DNA from: Octopus vulgaris
Taxonomy: Eukaryota
DNA length: 64,000 bases
Assembly (NCBI GenBank): GCA_951406725.2
Contig: OX597822.1
Span: 59,458,001 to 59,522,000, forward strand
Direction: 5' to 3'
The position numbers and the translations under genes were made by a program. A model generated the notes under the pieces. It worked only from the letters and a program-made list of their open reading frames with translations, was not told the DNA's origin and searched no databases. Every line of letters begins with the position of its first letter. The stretch's first letter is position 1. This document shows, piece after piece, positions 1 to 13,085 of the stretch.

Positions 1-787
1 AAACAAATGGTATCCTGAAGGAGTAAGGTCGGGAGAATAAGTTGGATGAAGAAATTTTTCCAAACCGACCTCTTCGATCTTCTGTGATGTGATCATTGCA
101 GTGTGGTGTTGCGCATTGTCCCGATGAAACATCACTCGTTTTCGATTCACTAAAGCGGCTCTTTTTTCCTCCAAAGCTTGGTTCAAACGCTCTAATTGCT
201 GACAGTAGACTTGAGCATTGATTGTAACAATATAAAGTGAATTACGCCTTTGCAATCGCACCAGATAGAGAGAAAAACCTTTTTCCTATGAAGTTCCTTT
301 CTCGGTTGTGGTTGAGCATTTTCTCTTTTACCAAGCCACTGTTTACGACGTTTAACATTTCGATAGAAAATCCATTTTTCGTCACAAGTCTATCGAAAAA
401 GGGGTGAAATGAGTTTGCGAGAATGGAGAGAAGAGCAGATGTCAACTCGGGATTTGCGGTTGCTTTCGGACAATACATGTGGCACCTATTTTCCAAGTTG
501 AAGATGACGATGAACTGTTGCATGGTTTGAAGTAAGCTTTGCCAATTCTTCAACTGATAATGACGGATTTTCTTCAAGTAATGCCTCAAGGAGTTTATCA
601 TCAAACTCAACTGGACGTCCTGTTCGATATTCATCTTCAATTTTGCAAACGATCTCCTGCAAGTTCTTTCATTCAGGCACTTTCCCATAAACTGAGTGTA
701 TGTTTCGAGTCACTTCGGCTACAGAGTTATCTTTATTGTACTCATAAAGAATTATATGTGCCTTAAATGCTCCTTGGATACTTCCAT
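1..787 (-). mobile_element. Degraded mariner (DD34D-type) transposase, running off the window start
   Basis: The minus strand reads MEVSKEHLRH from the ATG at 787, then CLNERTCRR, VPHVLSE, DRLVT.DEKWIFY, FHRDNAQHH and HPTYSPDLTPSGYHLF across several frameshifts. A probable 5' TIR lies at about 2272-2305, beyond a nested element. Confidence 0.85.
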
Positions 788-816
788 GTTGAAAGGGTTT
801 TAATCAAAGCAATTTT

Positions 817-2151
817 AGGGTGTCCACGAAGTCTGGGTACATGGAATAAAATCATAACATAAACAAATAAATATAAGAAATAATAATTTTCCTTTTTTAC
901 TTTTGTTTAAATTAAATAAAAAAAATACTTTACTTTTCTAAATTTATTTGTTATTTTTTCTACAGATGATCGAATGATGGCTCTGTCTAAAGAAGAAAGA
1001 ATCCCAGATCGAATGATGGATCTGTCTAAAGAAGAAAGAATCGAGTTAGTATTATTAAGTGGACGAGAGGGATGGTCTTATCGCAAAATTGCGGAAGAAT
1101 TTAATCTCCGACACCCTTATAGGCAACCTATTTTTTTTACTGCCGTCGGGGAATTGATCAAGAAATTTAAAGAAACAGGCAGTGTTTTGCATAAACCCCG
1201 TTCCGGGCGACTAAAGACTTCAGATGAAACGAAAGAGGCTGTCATGGCTAAATTTTCTGCTAGCCTAAAGAAATCACTTCGTCAGACATCCACGGTGTTA
1301 GGTGTTCCAAAACCAACCATCCACAAAATGCCGGTTGAGGAAAAGTTTCATCGATACAACCTACCGATATTGCATCACTTAAATGAAGACAACCCTGATA
1401 GACGAATGTAGACGTACGAATGGTTTTCAGATAAATTGGATGAAAATATCAATTTTACGAAAAACTTTGTGTTGTTCAGTGAGAAAGCTACGTTTTATGT
1501 AAATGGTGAGGTCAACAGGCAGAATCTTCTATACTGGTCTTGAGGTAATCCACATTGGATGGATCCATCCAAACAGCAAGGCAGCAAAAAGGTGATGGTG
1601 TGGTGTGGTTTGTGGAAAGCTCATGTTCTAGGACACTTCTTCATTGAACATGTAACGGATGAGACTTATGTAAACATATTGAGAGACAAATTAATATCTC
1701 AAATTGAGCGCCTAGGCGAGGGCCTTCCGAATTGGTTTCAGCAGGATGGAGCCCCTACCCATTTTGCCACAACTGTTAGAGATTGGCTTAATGACACTTT
1801 TCAGCACTGGATTGGAAGAAGAGGTCATATGGAATGGTCCCCTCGTTCACCAGACCTTTTCCCCCCTTGATTTCTTTTTCTGGGTATGTTGAAAGAGAAA
1901 GTTTACTCAATAAAGATTACAGATTTAAAACACATGAGAGAACGCATTACCAGTCAGTGTGCTGGAATTGATGGCAATGTAGACTTATTTAATCAAGTTC
2001 ACCTGAATTTTGCAAGGCGCATCAATTTACGAATTGAAAATGATGGAAATCACTTTGAAAATATTATTTATTAACATTATAATTAAATAAAATTGTTTTG
2101 TTTTAAAAGTATGTGTTAATCCCCATGTACGCAGACTTTGTGGACACCGTC
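817..2151 (+). mobile_element. Tc1/mariner-superfamily transposon, rosa/Visitor (DD41D)-like, with TIRs; pseudogenised
   Basis: TIRs of about 27 bp: GGGTGTCCACGAAGTCTGGGTACATGG (818-844) and CCATGTACGCAGACTTTGTGGACACCG (2123-2149). ORF pieces 974-1411 (HTH region, KFKETGSV, PRSGR), 1559-1870 (FQQDGAP...WSPRSPDL) and 1886-2074. I count 40 residues between catalytic D2 and D3. Confidence 0.9.
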
Positions 2152-2640
2152 TATTATTTTGTAAAACAATATTGAATTAGTTTAAACGTACACGAATGTA
2201 TAAAAATAATTTTTAATTAAATTAGACATTTGAAAATACTATTAAATTTCATTCAGATCTAAAAAAATGTAAAATCTGACAGAACTGATTGGATGACTTG
2301 ATATATATAATCTATGATATTTTAGTAGGTTTCAAGTTTACAACACCTTGATATCTCAAGTTATCTCATTTTATATGCCTAAGACGTTTATTTTCTATTC
2401 TGGTTTTTATATATTTCTATACATTATATTTGTATCTATAATTTATTTTAAGCCGAAACATAATAAGATCCTTGTACAAATGAAAGAACAAGAATGTCCT
2501 CTGGAACTTTTATCTTCCACCGGTGTTTGTAATCGATGGTGACATGTGCGACGATGTTGCGACTATCTTATATTTTACAGAGAAATTGGAAGCCCCGAAT
2601 GTAAGCCAACACTTTATGCATAATACAATATTTATATTTC

Positions 2641-3152
2641 TCTATATATAATGGAAATTCTCCTGACCCGACCCGACCTGTGACACCAACACCATAGCGT
2701 CGACTGTGGGCTGGTAGCTGTGTACAGTCGGCCCAATTGGTATGTGTTCACAAAGTTCAAACGATTAATACGAAAAAACCCTCCAGGTTACATTCTGAAA
2801 ATTCATTTCTTTGCTGAATTTCTACAATGTTTACGGCGATTCGTTTTTATATCTTGATTTTTTTTATTTTTCATGCAATTTACGCATGCTTGCACGCGTG
2901 GTGAACACAGTTCACGTCAAACAGCTGACTGAGTAATGTTCACTATCCAATGCATGGGATAAGGCCTAAACAAACACATTATCGATTTTTGCACTTGCGA
3001 GATGAATTTCGGAACAGAAGTAGCGCAGTTCAATTTCATTCGCCTAAACTTTAAGTGACCCATCTTTGGTGGTTCTACGATTTGTTTGCTAGGAGGAGAT
3101 GTGCCGGGAAGTTAAACACACAGACACACAAGTTGAGTTTTATATATATAGA
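2641..3152. mobile_element. Possible non-autonomous Helitron-like remnant(s)
   Basis: Both ends resemble Helitron 5' termini facing inward: TCTATATATAATGGAAATTCTCCTGAC.. on + and TCTATATATATAAAACTCAACTTGTGTGTCTGTG on -. No 3' hairpin-CTAG was seen. Confidence 0.35.
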
Positions 3153-6100
3153 TTTTCGTAATCAATTAATACAGGCTTTTAACAAATGAATTTATAGTTG
3201 GATTCTCTTAATAAAAAATCCTACAAGAACCATCTTTGAATAGACGAAGAGAAGTCATTTTTGAGTTTGTTAAAGTAACAGATCAGAAATAATTACTTCA
3301 ATATGAACAGGCCATTTTAAAAGTTAATATTCCGGATAATATACTTTCTTTGATATCTTTCAATCTGATATTGCTTTACATTTTGTTTCAATTTTCACCA
3401 ATAGCTTCTAGTAAAAAATACAAAATGTTTACCATTGTTTCGTTTTTATAACTCTAAATTTTATTTATTTTCCGTCACAATTCACATTGACTTCGTTTTA
3501 TTTCTTTGAGTGCTTTTGGTTGAAGTAAAATTAAAATAAATGTATTATTTTACAAGTTTCAGTAAAGTGTGTATAATCTGTTCCAGATGCGAAGGCTGTG
3601 GGCAGAAATTGGTTAAAAATATCAGACAGATAAGATATCTAGGAAAAAAATCAATGTAATACTTGTCAGATTTTATATATATGTTAAACCGAGCAAATGC
3701 AGTCGCCATAAAAATAATTAAATTGCGGGGCTGTAGGATATACTCCAAATTGCTACATTACAAGGGTTCCATGTGACATTGGGAAGAATGTTCTGTGTCA
3801 CTGTTTGTAGGATCCGGCATGATATCAACAGCCTCTCTACTATTTGTTATTATTAGAAATGTGAATTATTTCGAGAATCTTTTCTATGTTCTAAGAAAAA
3901 TAAACAACAAAAACAAAACGAAACAAATTAATTTCAGCATGACTTTTTATTAACAATGAAGTCTTTCACTACATGTGGGTATTAACTAACATAGGGTTGA
4001 ATTACTGAGAATAGATCTAGTCTGGAATATATCGTATTCAATAGCAGTTACAAGTTGTAGAGGCTACCATAGAAGATATTGATTTAACATTGAGTTTATT
4101 GGTTGAAGCTGTCGTTTTAATATTCCATTTTCTTTCAGTCGAGGGTGTTTGGGGAAAATATATATTTCTTATGGAAGTTTGTGTTTAGAATTATATAATT
4201 GGAATCAACATTTTGGATATCTTTATAGAACAAAAGCATGATGCAGTGTATAATAAATATGAATATTTAGACCTCAGAATAGTTAATGGAAATAACAGGA
4301 AAAAGTATGGCAACGTGGATGAAAACCAATAGAAATGAACTAATAAACTCCTTATAGAATATGATAAGCGCTTGAAGATAGAAATATCAGACGACAAAGT
4401 CATGATGGTATAAAAGATTAAGGTCTAATGAGTTTAAGACCGATGATTAATGTGAGGAATGGTTAAAAGAAAGGAACATAAGTTTCAAGTTAATGAATAA
4501 AATTGTTGGATGGTTGATGTTACTAGCTCTTTTAAAAAAGTCGTGTATGCTGGTTATTAATACAAGTTCATTAGTCATATATTTGGCACTAACATCTGAC
4601 TAGTTTTCATGGAACCAGTGAGATTCACTTGCGATCAACGGGTTCGTTAGTCCCATCGAGTCTTAGATTGATGTATTTACAACTCCATAAATATTTCTCA
4701 GATTACGAATTTTGTAGGTCCGTTAAATCTCATTTTAACCAATAGATTTTTCGGGTTTCACCAAGTCCCAGTGGAGTCAAAATATTATCTAACTCCTCCA
4801 CAAGCCGGCTACAAAAAATATTGCTTATTTAATCACAACTTATTTATTCCACAAGAAATTGAATCAGGCTGAACATTTCTTAGCTCCATGAAAATGTAAT
4901 CAAAGAAATTGATCCAGTATTTTCTTAGATAAAAAAAATATCCAATATACAGTGACATTTTCAAAGGTTGACTTATTTATTAATTGATTCTTACAGGATA
5001 ACTTAATTGCTTTAGGAGTTTCTTCTGCTGACTTACTAAGATGGCAACATATTTTAATTTAGAGAAACTAGTGTAATCTAGTTATTCTAGATACTACTGC
5101 AGATTAATATCTCCTCATATTTGTTATTAGAGAAGTAGCGATGAAATGTTTTAGTAGAACAGACTTTCTACTCAGGAAAGTTTTCCTGTCTCAAGTTGGT
5201 ACCATCCATTAGCTGATTACCAAAACTATTATCAAGAAAATTCTTTAAAGTTCTATCCTATTCACATCAGAAATTCTATATCTTTTTTAGATATGTTTCT
5301 CATCAGAGTGTAAGACAATTATCCAATTAAGATTACATACAAACTGTTTGACCGGGAAAATGCAAAACCATAGTAGTTACTTTGTAAAACTTATTACGTA
5401 TTTTTCATTAGAACAAATTTGAGGAGCAAGGTTCAGATAGATGACGTGCTAAAACAAACACAGGAACTCTGACGTAATGTCTGACTGAATGAAATGTCAT
5501 GAAACCTATACAGTCCATATCATGAATTCATTTTCCGCAGCTGGTGTTTGTGTTGTGTTCATTGACAAATTGGCAAAGCGCTTATAACTTTTTACAGAAC
5601 TTGACCTAATTAGAATTAAATACACTTCCCAACAGGTAAATATACATATTGTTGGCTACTGGGCTAACCCAGAAAAAAAAAGTTTCTTGTCGACTAACAC
5701 TATGGAAATTTCTAATCTACGAACCGCTGTGTTTGGCATACAAGTGAACTAATTCTAAAATGTGAAGAAGTTATGTTTTTACTGATCATATATTAAATAA
5801 ATTGAAGGTAAGTTTTATTTGAAACACAAATTTATATTTTCACGAACTGAACTCTTATAAAATAAAAAAAAAAGTATGACGCATTTCTTTGTGTCTTTGA
5901 CTCCAACTAAAGTTTAAGAGCGCTACAGAGATATACTGATATACTGACCCGGATCTCCATTAGTTATCTCAAAGAGGAAACATTTTAGACAAAACAGAGT
6001 GTAAGACAAGGCTGTGTGGCTGTATTTATATTTTGTAAATTCTTTACTTACTTTATCACGGGATAGATGTAAGAGAAACAACAACAATGAACTAAAATAA

Positions 6101-7144
6101 ACGAGAATTTTAGCTTCTTATTGCCTACTCTGCCTCCTTTCTGTAGGTATTCTTCAAAGCATTTTAATCTACAAAATATAATAATCATGGTCTTCAAATA
6201 AAGCTAAGAAATTGGAAATATACTATAGCTAGTGTACATAATTGTTTTCTACACAACCCTTCTCACTGTGATACAGCTGATCGTGTATATCTTGGCAATT
6301 TTCAATCATCAAGTTCTATAAGCAATGGAAGCATCAAGGTCATCCGTAGTAGTACTGTTGAATCATTCAATGTCAATCTAATACAAAATATAGAGTAGCT
6401 ATTACAAGTACTCCTATATTAATGAAAATACCCCCTAAGGGCAAGGAAAGTTTTCATTTATCATTAATTCATAGATTATCTTAGCAAGAGAGTATTCAGA
6501 TGAAATTACCTTTCTTGTTGGAGACACTACCAACAAGTTAAGTTGTTGATTTACGAAAACTCCCGTGAAACACTTGATCATTTATTTCAATTGCTGTTTG
6601 TGTTGGTGAAACAACACAACCTGTCTTTTCCCTTATTTTTCTCTGTAACAGAGACTACCTATTTAGAGTTCTTGAAAAATATTTTGGTAACAGACATAAG
6701 TAGAAAAAATATTTTCAAGCACTTTCCAACCAACAGCAAGATAGTGCTCATCTACGCAAGGGTCTCAATATACGGCATTTCCTTAATGCTCAATTTCCAA
6801 GTCATTAATGGAATAAAAATGGACCGATAATTTGATAACCTAGAAGCCCTGATGTTTCTCTCTAAGATTGTTTTCTTTAGGGTTATTTTCGTGATCGGAT
6901 CTACAGAACAGCAATCATATACGGTAGGCATTTAAGGCAAGGAATCTAAGAAGTGATGAAAATTCAAGCAACAGTTTTGCGAAGATTTCATTTTCCCTGT
7001 TGAAATAAATGTTGAATGTGTGCCGAATAAGGCAGAACATTTTATCTCATATATTAAATAAAATAACAGCAAATGCTTATTCAAAACGAATACACTAGAG
7101 CATTATTGGTTAGATTAGAGAGTCTGTGTACACGCACACGAGTA

Positions 7145-7193
<49 letters not shown>

Positions 7194-7201
7194 GTATGTG
7201 T

Positions 7202-7515
7202 GAAGGCGCGTGGCTTAGTGGTTAGGGGCATTCGGATCATGATCGTAAGATTGTGAGTTCAATTCCCTGCGGCGCGTTGTGTCCTTGAGCAAGACACTTT
7301 ATTTCACGTTGCTCCAGCTGGCAAAAATGAGTAGTACTTGTATTTGAAAGGGCTGGCCTTGTCATACACTGTGTCACGCTGAATCTCCCCGAGAACTACG
7401 TTAAGGTTACACGTGTTTGTGGAGTGCTCATTCACTTACACGTTAATTTCACGAGCAAGCTGTGCCGTTGATAGTATCAGCTGGGACCCTCATCGTCGCA
7501 ACCGACGGAGTGCTC
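7202..7515 (+). mobile_element. tRNA-derived SINE, family B (CORE-like central domain)
   Basis: A box TGGCTTAGTGG and B box GAGTTCAATTCC, then GTGTCCTTGAGCAAGACACTT...AAAAATGAGTA. Related copies at 12729, 13086 and 27675. Confidence 0.85.
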
Positions 7516-7553
7516 CTTATGTAAGTATGTAAGTAGGTAGATGTGTATGTATA

Positions 7554-8060
7554 TACGAGGGGCGTTCATTAAAGATTTCTTCTGATCCACTTTCCAAGGA
7601 CTGGGATAAGCGAAACCTGGCATAATTATCAGTCTTTCTCTACATAGCCACCACCAATGGTGACACTTTTCTCCCATCTTTTTATGCAGCTGTGAAGGCC
7701 TCGTCCGTAGAAGTTGGTAGGTTGCGTCTGGAGCCAAGACTTTACCTCGGAAATAAGATCATCATCATCCGAAAAGTGCTTCCCCTTCAAAAACGACTTC
7801 ATGGTTGGAAAGAGGCGGAAGTTAGATGGTGTGAGGTCGGGAGAGTAAAGGGGATGAGGAATGATTTCATAGTCGCAGGAGTGTACTTACATCTGGGCAA
7901 CATGTGCGTTGTGAACTGAGGCGTTGTCTTGGTGGAGGCGGACTCCTTTGGTCAGCATGCCACGCCTCTCTGCTTTGATGGCATCCTGCAATGTCTGAAG
8001 CAGAGAAGCATAATTGTGGCGCCCTTTGCCAGAAAATCCATCGTCACTTCTCTACGCTGG
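7554..8060 (-). mobile_element. mariner 3' remnant
   Basis: TA plus TIR CGAGGGGCGTTCATTAAAG...GATCCACTT, similar to the TIR at 9784. The minus strand encodes QDNASVH and PLYSPDLTPSNFRLF. Confidence 0.8.
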
Positions 8061-8790
8061 TTCCAAAAGACTGAGCACCACGTTGCCTGCTGAGTGTTGA
8101 ACACGAGTCACTCAGGATGTTTTTATAATTATTATAGCCTCCACCTGTCCACGACTGATTAGCTTTTGGTTGAAACAACAAACATGGCCAGCAGTAGAGT
8201 TTCTCTGTGACGCTACTTTAATGCAAAGCCACTCAATCTGTTCATACTATTTTACCTGGAATGTTCGAATTCCAACTTTAATTTTCAATGAGGGAGCAGG
8301 CCCACCTGCTTGAAAAATTTTGTTTTTCTGCAACATTTCTAGCCCCAAATGGCTTATTTCTTTTTTATCTAGCACTATGTCTTTCTCCATTTCTAAGTTA
8401 AGAGTAAAAATAAGACAACCATGAAAAACAAAACTGATCTTTATTCAAAAGTGCACAGAACAACAGCAATTAAATAATGAAAGCGGAGAGCACAACAAAC
8501 ATCAGTGATCTGACTGTCGTCTGTACTCTTGACAAGAGATGTCAGTTAGTCCTTTACACCTACCGGGCTCGTTCGTATATCAAGAATAGACATAAACATG
8601 ATAAACTTTACGAATTAAGAAAATAGCTGAAAATTAAATGCTCGTCAGCTTTCTCACTAAGGATTATAACGCTTTTGACGCCATGGATAGAACTACGTTC
8701 CTTATACGTTCTTTAGAGGAGTCAACATCCATTGAATACAGCTGTAAGGCAAGGTACGCAGTGAAAACGTGGCACGGAAACTGAAAAAAA

Positions 8791-8862
8791 AGTATTCAGA
8801 TGAGCCCTAGTGTCAGGGACGAAGAAAATGCTAGAGCAGGAAACGGATGTGCGTATAAGACT
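8791..8862 (+). ncRNA. Degenerate hammerhead-like motif
   Basis: CAGATGA (U4 mutated), stem II GCCCTAG/CTAGAGC, GAAA, stem III ACG..CGT, site GTA, imperfect stem I. Confidence 0.4.
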
Positions 8863-9173
8863 AGCCAAAAAGAAAGGACAGGAGACGGGAAATGTAGATG
8901 ATAATATTACAGTAAGCAGTAGTATTTTTGCGATGAATATAAAACAAAACGGAACAACACTGAGCTAGAGTGCAAAGTGAATAAGAAGGAAAACATGATA
9001 AGGAAGTCATTTGGAAAATAACAGAGGAGAGAAGGATAAATGTACCTGCTATATATATATATATATATATGTACGTGTGTGTGTGTATGTATACAGTAGT
9101 ACCTCTTATCACGAATAAATCGTGCTTTATCTCCTGTCATTCTCATTTTCATTTAATACACCAATACCTCGTG

Positions 9174-9222
<49 letters not shown>

Positions 9223-9360
9223 ACTTATAAACAAGGGCAAAAGAAAAAAAGTTATAATGCCAAATATGCCGAAACTAGACATATCGTCCATAACCATATA
9301 ATTCATCACTATAAGCACGCGTATCGAAGAAAGCCGACAGAAATTTCTAAAAAATTTCCG

Positions 9361-9424
9361 TTACTATCATATCGGACCCGATTTCAGAGTTAATTCATAA
9401 GAACCTTCTCTTCGTCAGTAGTAA
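9361..9424 (-). ncRNA. Type I hammerhead ribozyme motif
   Basis: Minus strand: TTACTA CTGACGA AGAG-18nt-CTCT GAAA TCGG GT CCGA TA tga TAGTAA. Core, stem II and stem III are intact; stem I is offset by 3 nt. Confidence 0.6.
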
Positions 9425-9684
9425 ATGCGGCAAAGAAATAAATGAAATACCTACTTATACCCATGGAAGAAGCAAACACTAAGTCATGAGCACAATTAAG
9501 TACCCCAAATATATCCAAAATATATATTTATAAAGCACGAGATTTATTCAGAGTTGTTCGAAAACCAAGGTACAACTATATATATATAGTAGTACCTTGG
9601 GCAAGTGTCTTCTACTATAACCTCGGGCCGACCAAAGCCTTGTGAGTGGATTTGGTAGACGGAAACTGAAAGAAGCCCGTCGTA

Positions 9685-9715
<31 letters not shown>

Positions 9716-9783
9716 TTTTTCTTTTTGCTTGTTTCAGCTCAGAGCTGCGGCCGTGCTGATGCACCGCCGTTCATATATATATA

Positions 9784-11077
9784 CGAGGGACGTTCAATAA
9801 GTAATGCCCCTGACCCACTTGCAGTTGTTTGATCTAGCTGAAATTTTGCATGTGCAATTATTTATATCTCTATAGGTTAAGTGGCAAATTACAGCTCTGA
9901 ACTAATTGTGATTTCTTATTTACAGGTGTTTCAACTGAGTCAAGTGTGAAATGGAGCCTGTTGAGTGTCGAGCAGTGATCCGGTTTTTGTATTTTAAAGG
10001 ACGCACACCACGGGAGACTTTTGATGAAATGAAAGTAACTTATGGTGATGATGTCCCATCATATGACCTTGTAAAACGCTGGCATCGTGAATTCAAACAT
10101 GGTCGGAACTCCGTGGAAACAGCTCCCAGATCTGGTCGCCCCACTTCTGCCAGTCATGAGGCATCTATCCGTCAAGTTGAGGCTGCCATTTTGGAAGATC
10201 GACGCATAACAATTCGCCAAATAACCCATCAGGTCACGATTAGTACCGGGTCTGTGGAAACTATATCATTCATGCCCATTTACATATGCAAAAGGTGTCT
10301 GCCAGATGGATTCCCAGGTTGCTCACACCTTTCCAGAAGCAAGAACACGTCGAGTGCTCGAGGATGAATTTGGAGATGTGCCAAAAAGATGAGTCAAAAT
10401 TTTTCAAAAGACTGATTACACAGGATGAAACCTGGGTCCATCACTATGATCCAGAGACCAAAGCCCAGTCAATGCAGTGGAAGCACGGTGACTCACCTCC
10501 TCCAAAGAAGGCAAGGGTGCAGCCCTCCGCTGGCAAGTTCATGCTCACAGTCTTCTGGGACCAGGACGGAGTAGTGATGACAGATTTCCTGGCAAAGGGT
10601 ACCACAATTACAGGAGCCTATTATGCTTCACTTTTGAGGAAATTAAGAGAAGCTATCAAAATCAAGAGGCGGGGCAAGATCAGCAAAGACATCTTCCTCC
10701 TGCGGGACAACGCTCCGGTCCACAACTCGCGTGTCGCCAGATCAGAAGCACAGGCATGCGGCTATGAACTCGTCCCCCATCCCCCTACTCTCCTGACCTT
10801 GCACCCTCTGATTTTCACCTCTTCACAGTCATGAAGTTGTTTTTGAAAGGGAAGCGTTTCCCAGATGATGCAGCCTTGATTTCTGAAGTCACGTCGTGGT
10901 TGGAGGACCAAGCTGGGGTCTTCTAAAAAAAAATTTCCCAAAGCTGCATCAAACGATGGGAGAAATGCGTAACTCTTGGTGGTTCCTATGTAGAAAAAGA
11001 TTAATAACTGTGCCAAGTTTCGTTGCTCTTTTGCTATGGGAAGTGGGTCAGGGGCATTACTTATTAAACGCCCCTCG
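9784..11077 (+). mobile_element. Full-length mariner (DD34D, irritans-like), 1294 bp, 37-bp TIRs, TA flanks
   Basis: TIRs at 9784-9820 and 11041-11077 are near-perfect. The transposase shows WIPRLLT, ITQDETW, RDNAPVH and HPPYSPDLAPSDFHLF. Confidence 0.95.
9951..11005 (+). pseudogene. mariner transposase with at least two frameshifts and an in-frame stop
   Basis: ORFs 9951-10367 and 10286-10834 overlap in different frames. One C is lost in the PPYSPDL codons, and there is a TAA at about 10924. Confidence 0.9.
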
Positions 11078-11138
<61 letters not shown>

Positions 11139-11493
11139 GTCTGTGTTTGTCCCCCAGCACGGTTGACAACCGATGCTGCTGTGTTTGCGTCACCATAACT
11201 TAGCGGTTCGGCAAAAGGGACCGATAGAATAAGTACTAGGCTTCCAAAGAATAAGTCCTGGGGTCGATTTGCTCGACTAAAGGCGGTGCTCCAGCATGGC
11301 CGCAGTCAAATGACTGAAACAAGTATTATCAAATATTAGTAAAAATTTATAAAAATTAGTAAAAATTGTAGTAAAAACAGTCCATCTTTTGTCTGGTGAT
11401 ATATATATATATGTATATGTAAGCGCGTGTCTGTGTTATGTGTGTGTGTAAACATATACACACACACATATACATTTACATATCTATATATAA

Positions 11494-11548
<55 letters not shown>

Positions 11549-11559
11549 AATCTTGCTCT

Positions 11560-12258
11560 CACTCCTTCTTCTTCTCTTCACTCCTACCCTCCTCTCTTCT
11601 TTTCACTCCTAACCACCTTCTCCCTTCCACTCTTCCTTCATCGTCACCTCTCCCTCGTAACCCCACCCCTACACAATCCAACCCCACTTTCCCTATCCAT
11701 CCCACCCCACCCAAACCTTATACCCACTCCACCTCTACCCCACCCTCAGCCTAACCCAGACCCCATCCTTGCTTTCCCCACTCTCACCTCCCCCACATCC
11801 CAACACCACCACACACCACCACACCACAAACCACCATAACACACCACACCACATCACATCACACTACCACGCACACACTAGCACTGACCACTTCCCGGCA
11901 CCCACACCATCATCCACACACCTACACATGCATACACGCACACATCAAGATCACCAGCCGTCTTCTACACGCACATACATGCTCTCTTATACACACACAC
12001 ACATACACGCACCTTCGTTTTTGGATCACCACTACTTTATTATTTCCCCTTCTTCCTAGCTCTCCTGTGTGACCCTTTTGTCCGGCATTCGCCATGATAG
12101 ATCTCTAGCCACTACACATTCTTTATTTTCTCTCCCTGTTTCTTTCTGTGTTCCTTTCTGTGGAAGAGCGTAGGCTCAAAACCTTAAAGACTTTTTCATT
12201 TCCCCAGAGTTGTCTACACCACCTGTCGTCGTCTTTTGTTTTTTTGTGTGGATTCTCC

Positions 12259-12262
<4 letters not shown>
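11560..12262 (+). mobile_element. C/A-rich low-complexity tract ending in a possible PLE-type terminal repeat
   Basis: Pyrimidine/CAC-rich degenerate repeat, then a very degenerate hammerhead-like GGAAGAGCGTAGGCTCAAAAC (about 12162-12182), ending at (TA)n. Confidence 0.3.
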
Positions 12263-12306
<44 letters not shown>

Positions 12307-12333
12307 GTGTGTTTGTACAAACACACTCACGCG

Positions 12334-12373
<40 letters not shown>

Positions 12374-12728
12374 AGCCAGGCTGAACGGGTAAGAGCCGCG
12401 CTTTGCAAACATGTAGTTTCAGGTTTACTATCACTGTGTGGAATCTTCGGCAAGTTTCTTTTCCCATCCCTCTATGTCAGCCTAATCTTTGTGAGATTAA
12501 AATGAAGTATCGCGACCGATAGATTTTACATGTATCTCCAAGGGTGAGCCTCGTCACACGCTGTATCTTTCTGATTTTGTGTAAGGTTTACACAAAGAGT
12601 ACACGCTTTGAAGAATACTCAACCACTTGTACAGAGATTCAATTATTGTGGCTTCAGTTTATCAAACAACTGGAACAGTGGTGGTAGAAATCGACATAGG
12701 ATCTGTATGTACATATATGTGTGCACGT

Positions 12729-13034
12729 GAAGGCGCGCGGCTTAGTGGTTAGGGGTATTCGGCTCACGATCGTAAGGTCACGAGTTCGATTCTCAGAGGT
12801 TCGTTGTGTCCTTGAGCAAGACACTTTATTTCACGATGCTTTAGTTCACTCAACTGTCAGAAATGAGTAGTATATGTGATTGAAAGGTCTGTGTTTCGCT
12901 GAATCTCTTTGGGACCTATGTTAAGCGTACGCGTGTCTGTGGAATCTTCAGCCACTTGCACGTTGATTTTCCGAGCAGTTTGTTCCGTTGATCGGATCAA
13001 CTGGAACCCTCGTCGTCGTAAACGACGGAGTGCC
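12729..13034 (+). mobile_element. SINE family B with (GTA)n tail
   Basis: Colinear with 7202-7515. Confidence 0.85.
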
Positions 13035-13035
13035 T

Positions 13036-13071
<36 letters not shown>

Positions 13072-13085
13072 TGTATGTATGTGTA

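Larger units (their letters stand above)
9593..11325 (+). mobile_element. SINE family A (head + internal microsatellite + tail) split by a mariner insertion
   Basis: Head 9593-9685 and tail about 11135-11325 match uninterrupted copies at 13414-13848 and 43709-44135. Confidence 0.85.

Noticed and set aside
7202-7275. tRNA-like sequences at SINE heads (also 41580, 48676, 49820)
   Set aside because: They lack a clean cloverleaf and continue into SINE bodies, so they are not tRNA genes.
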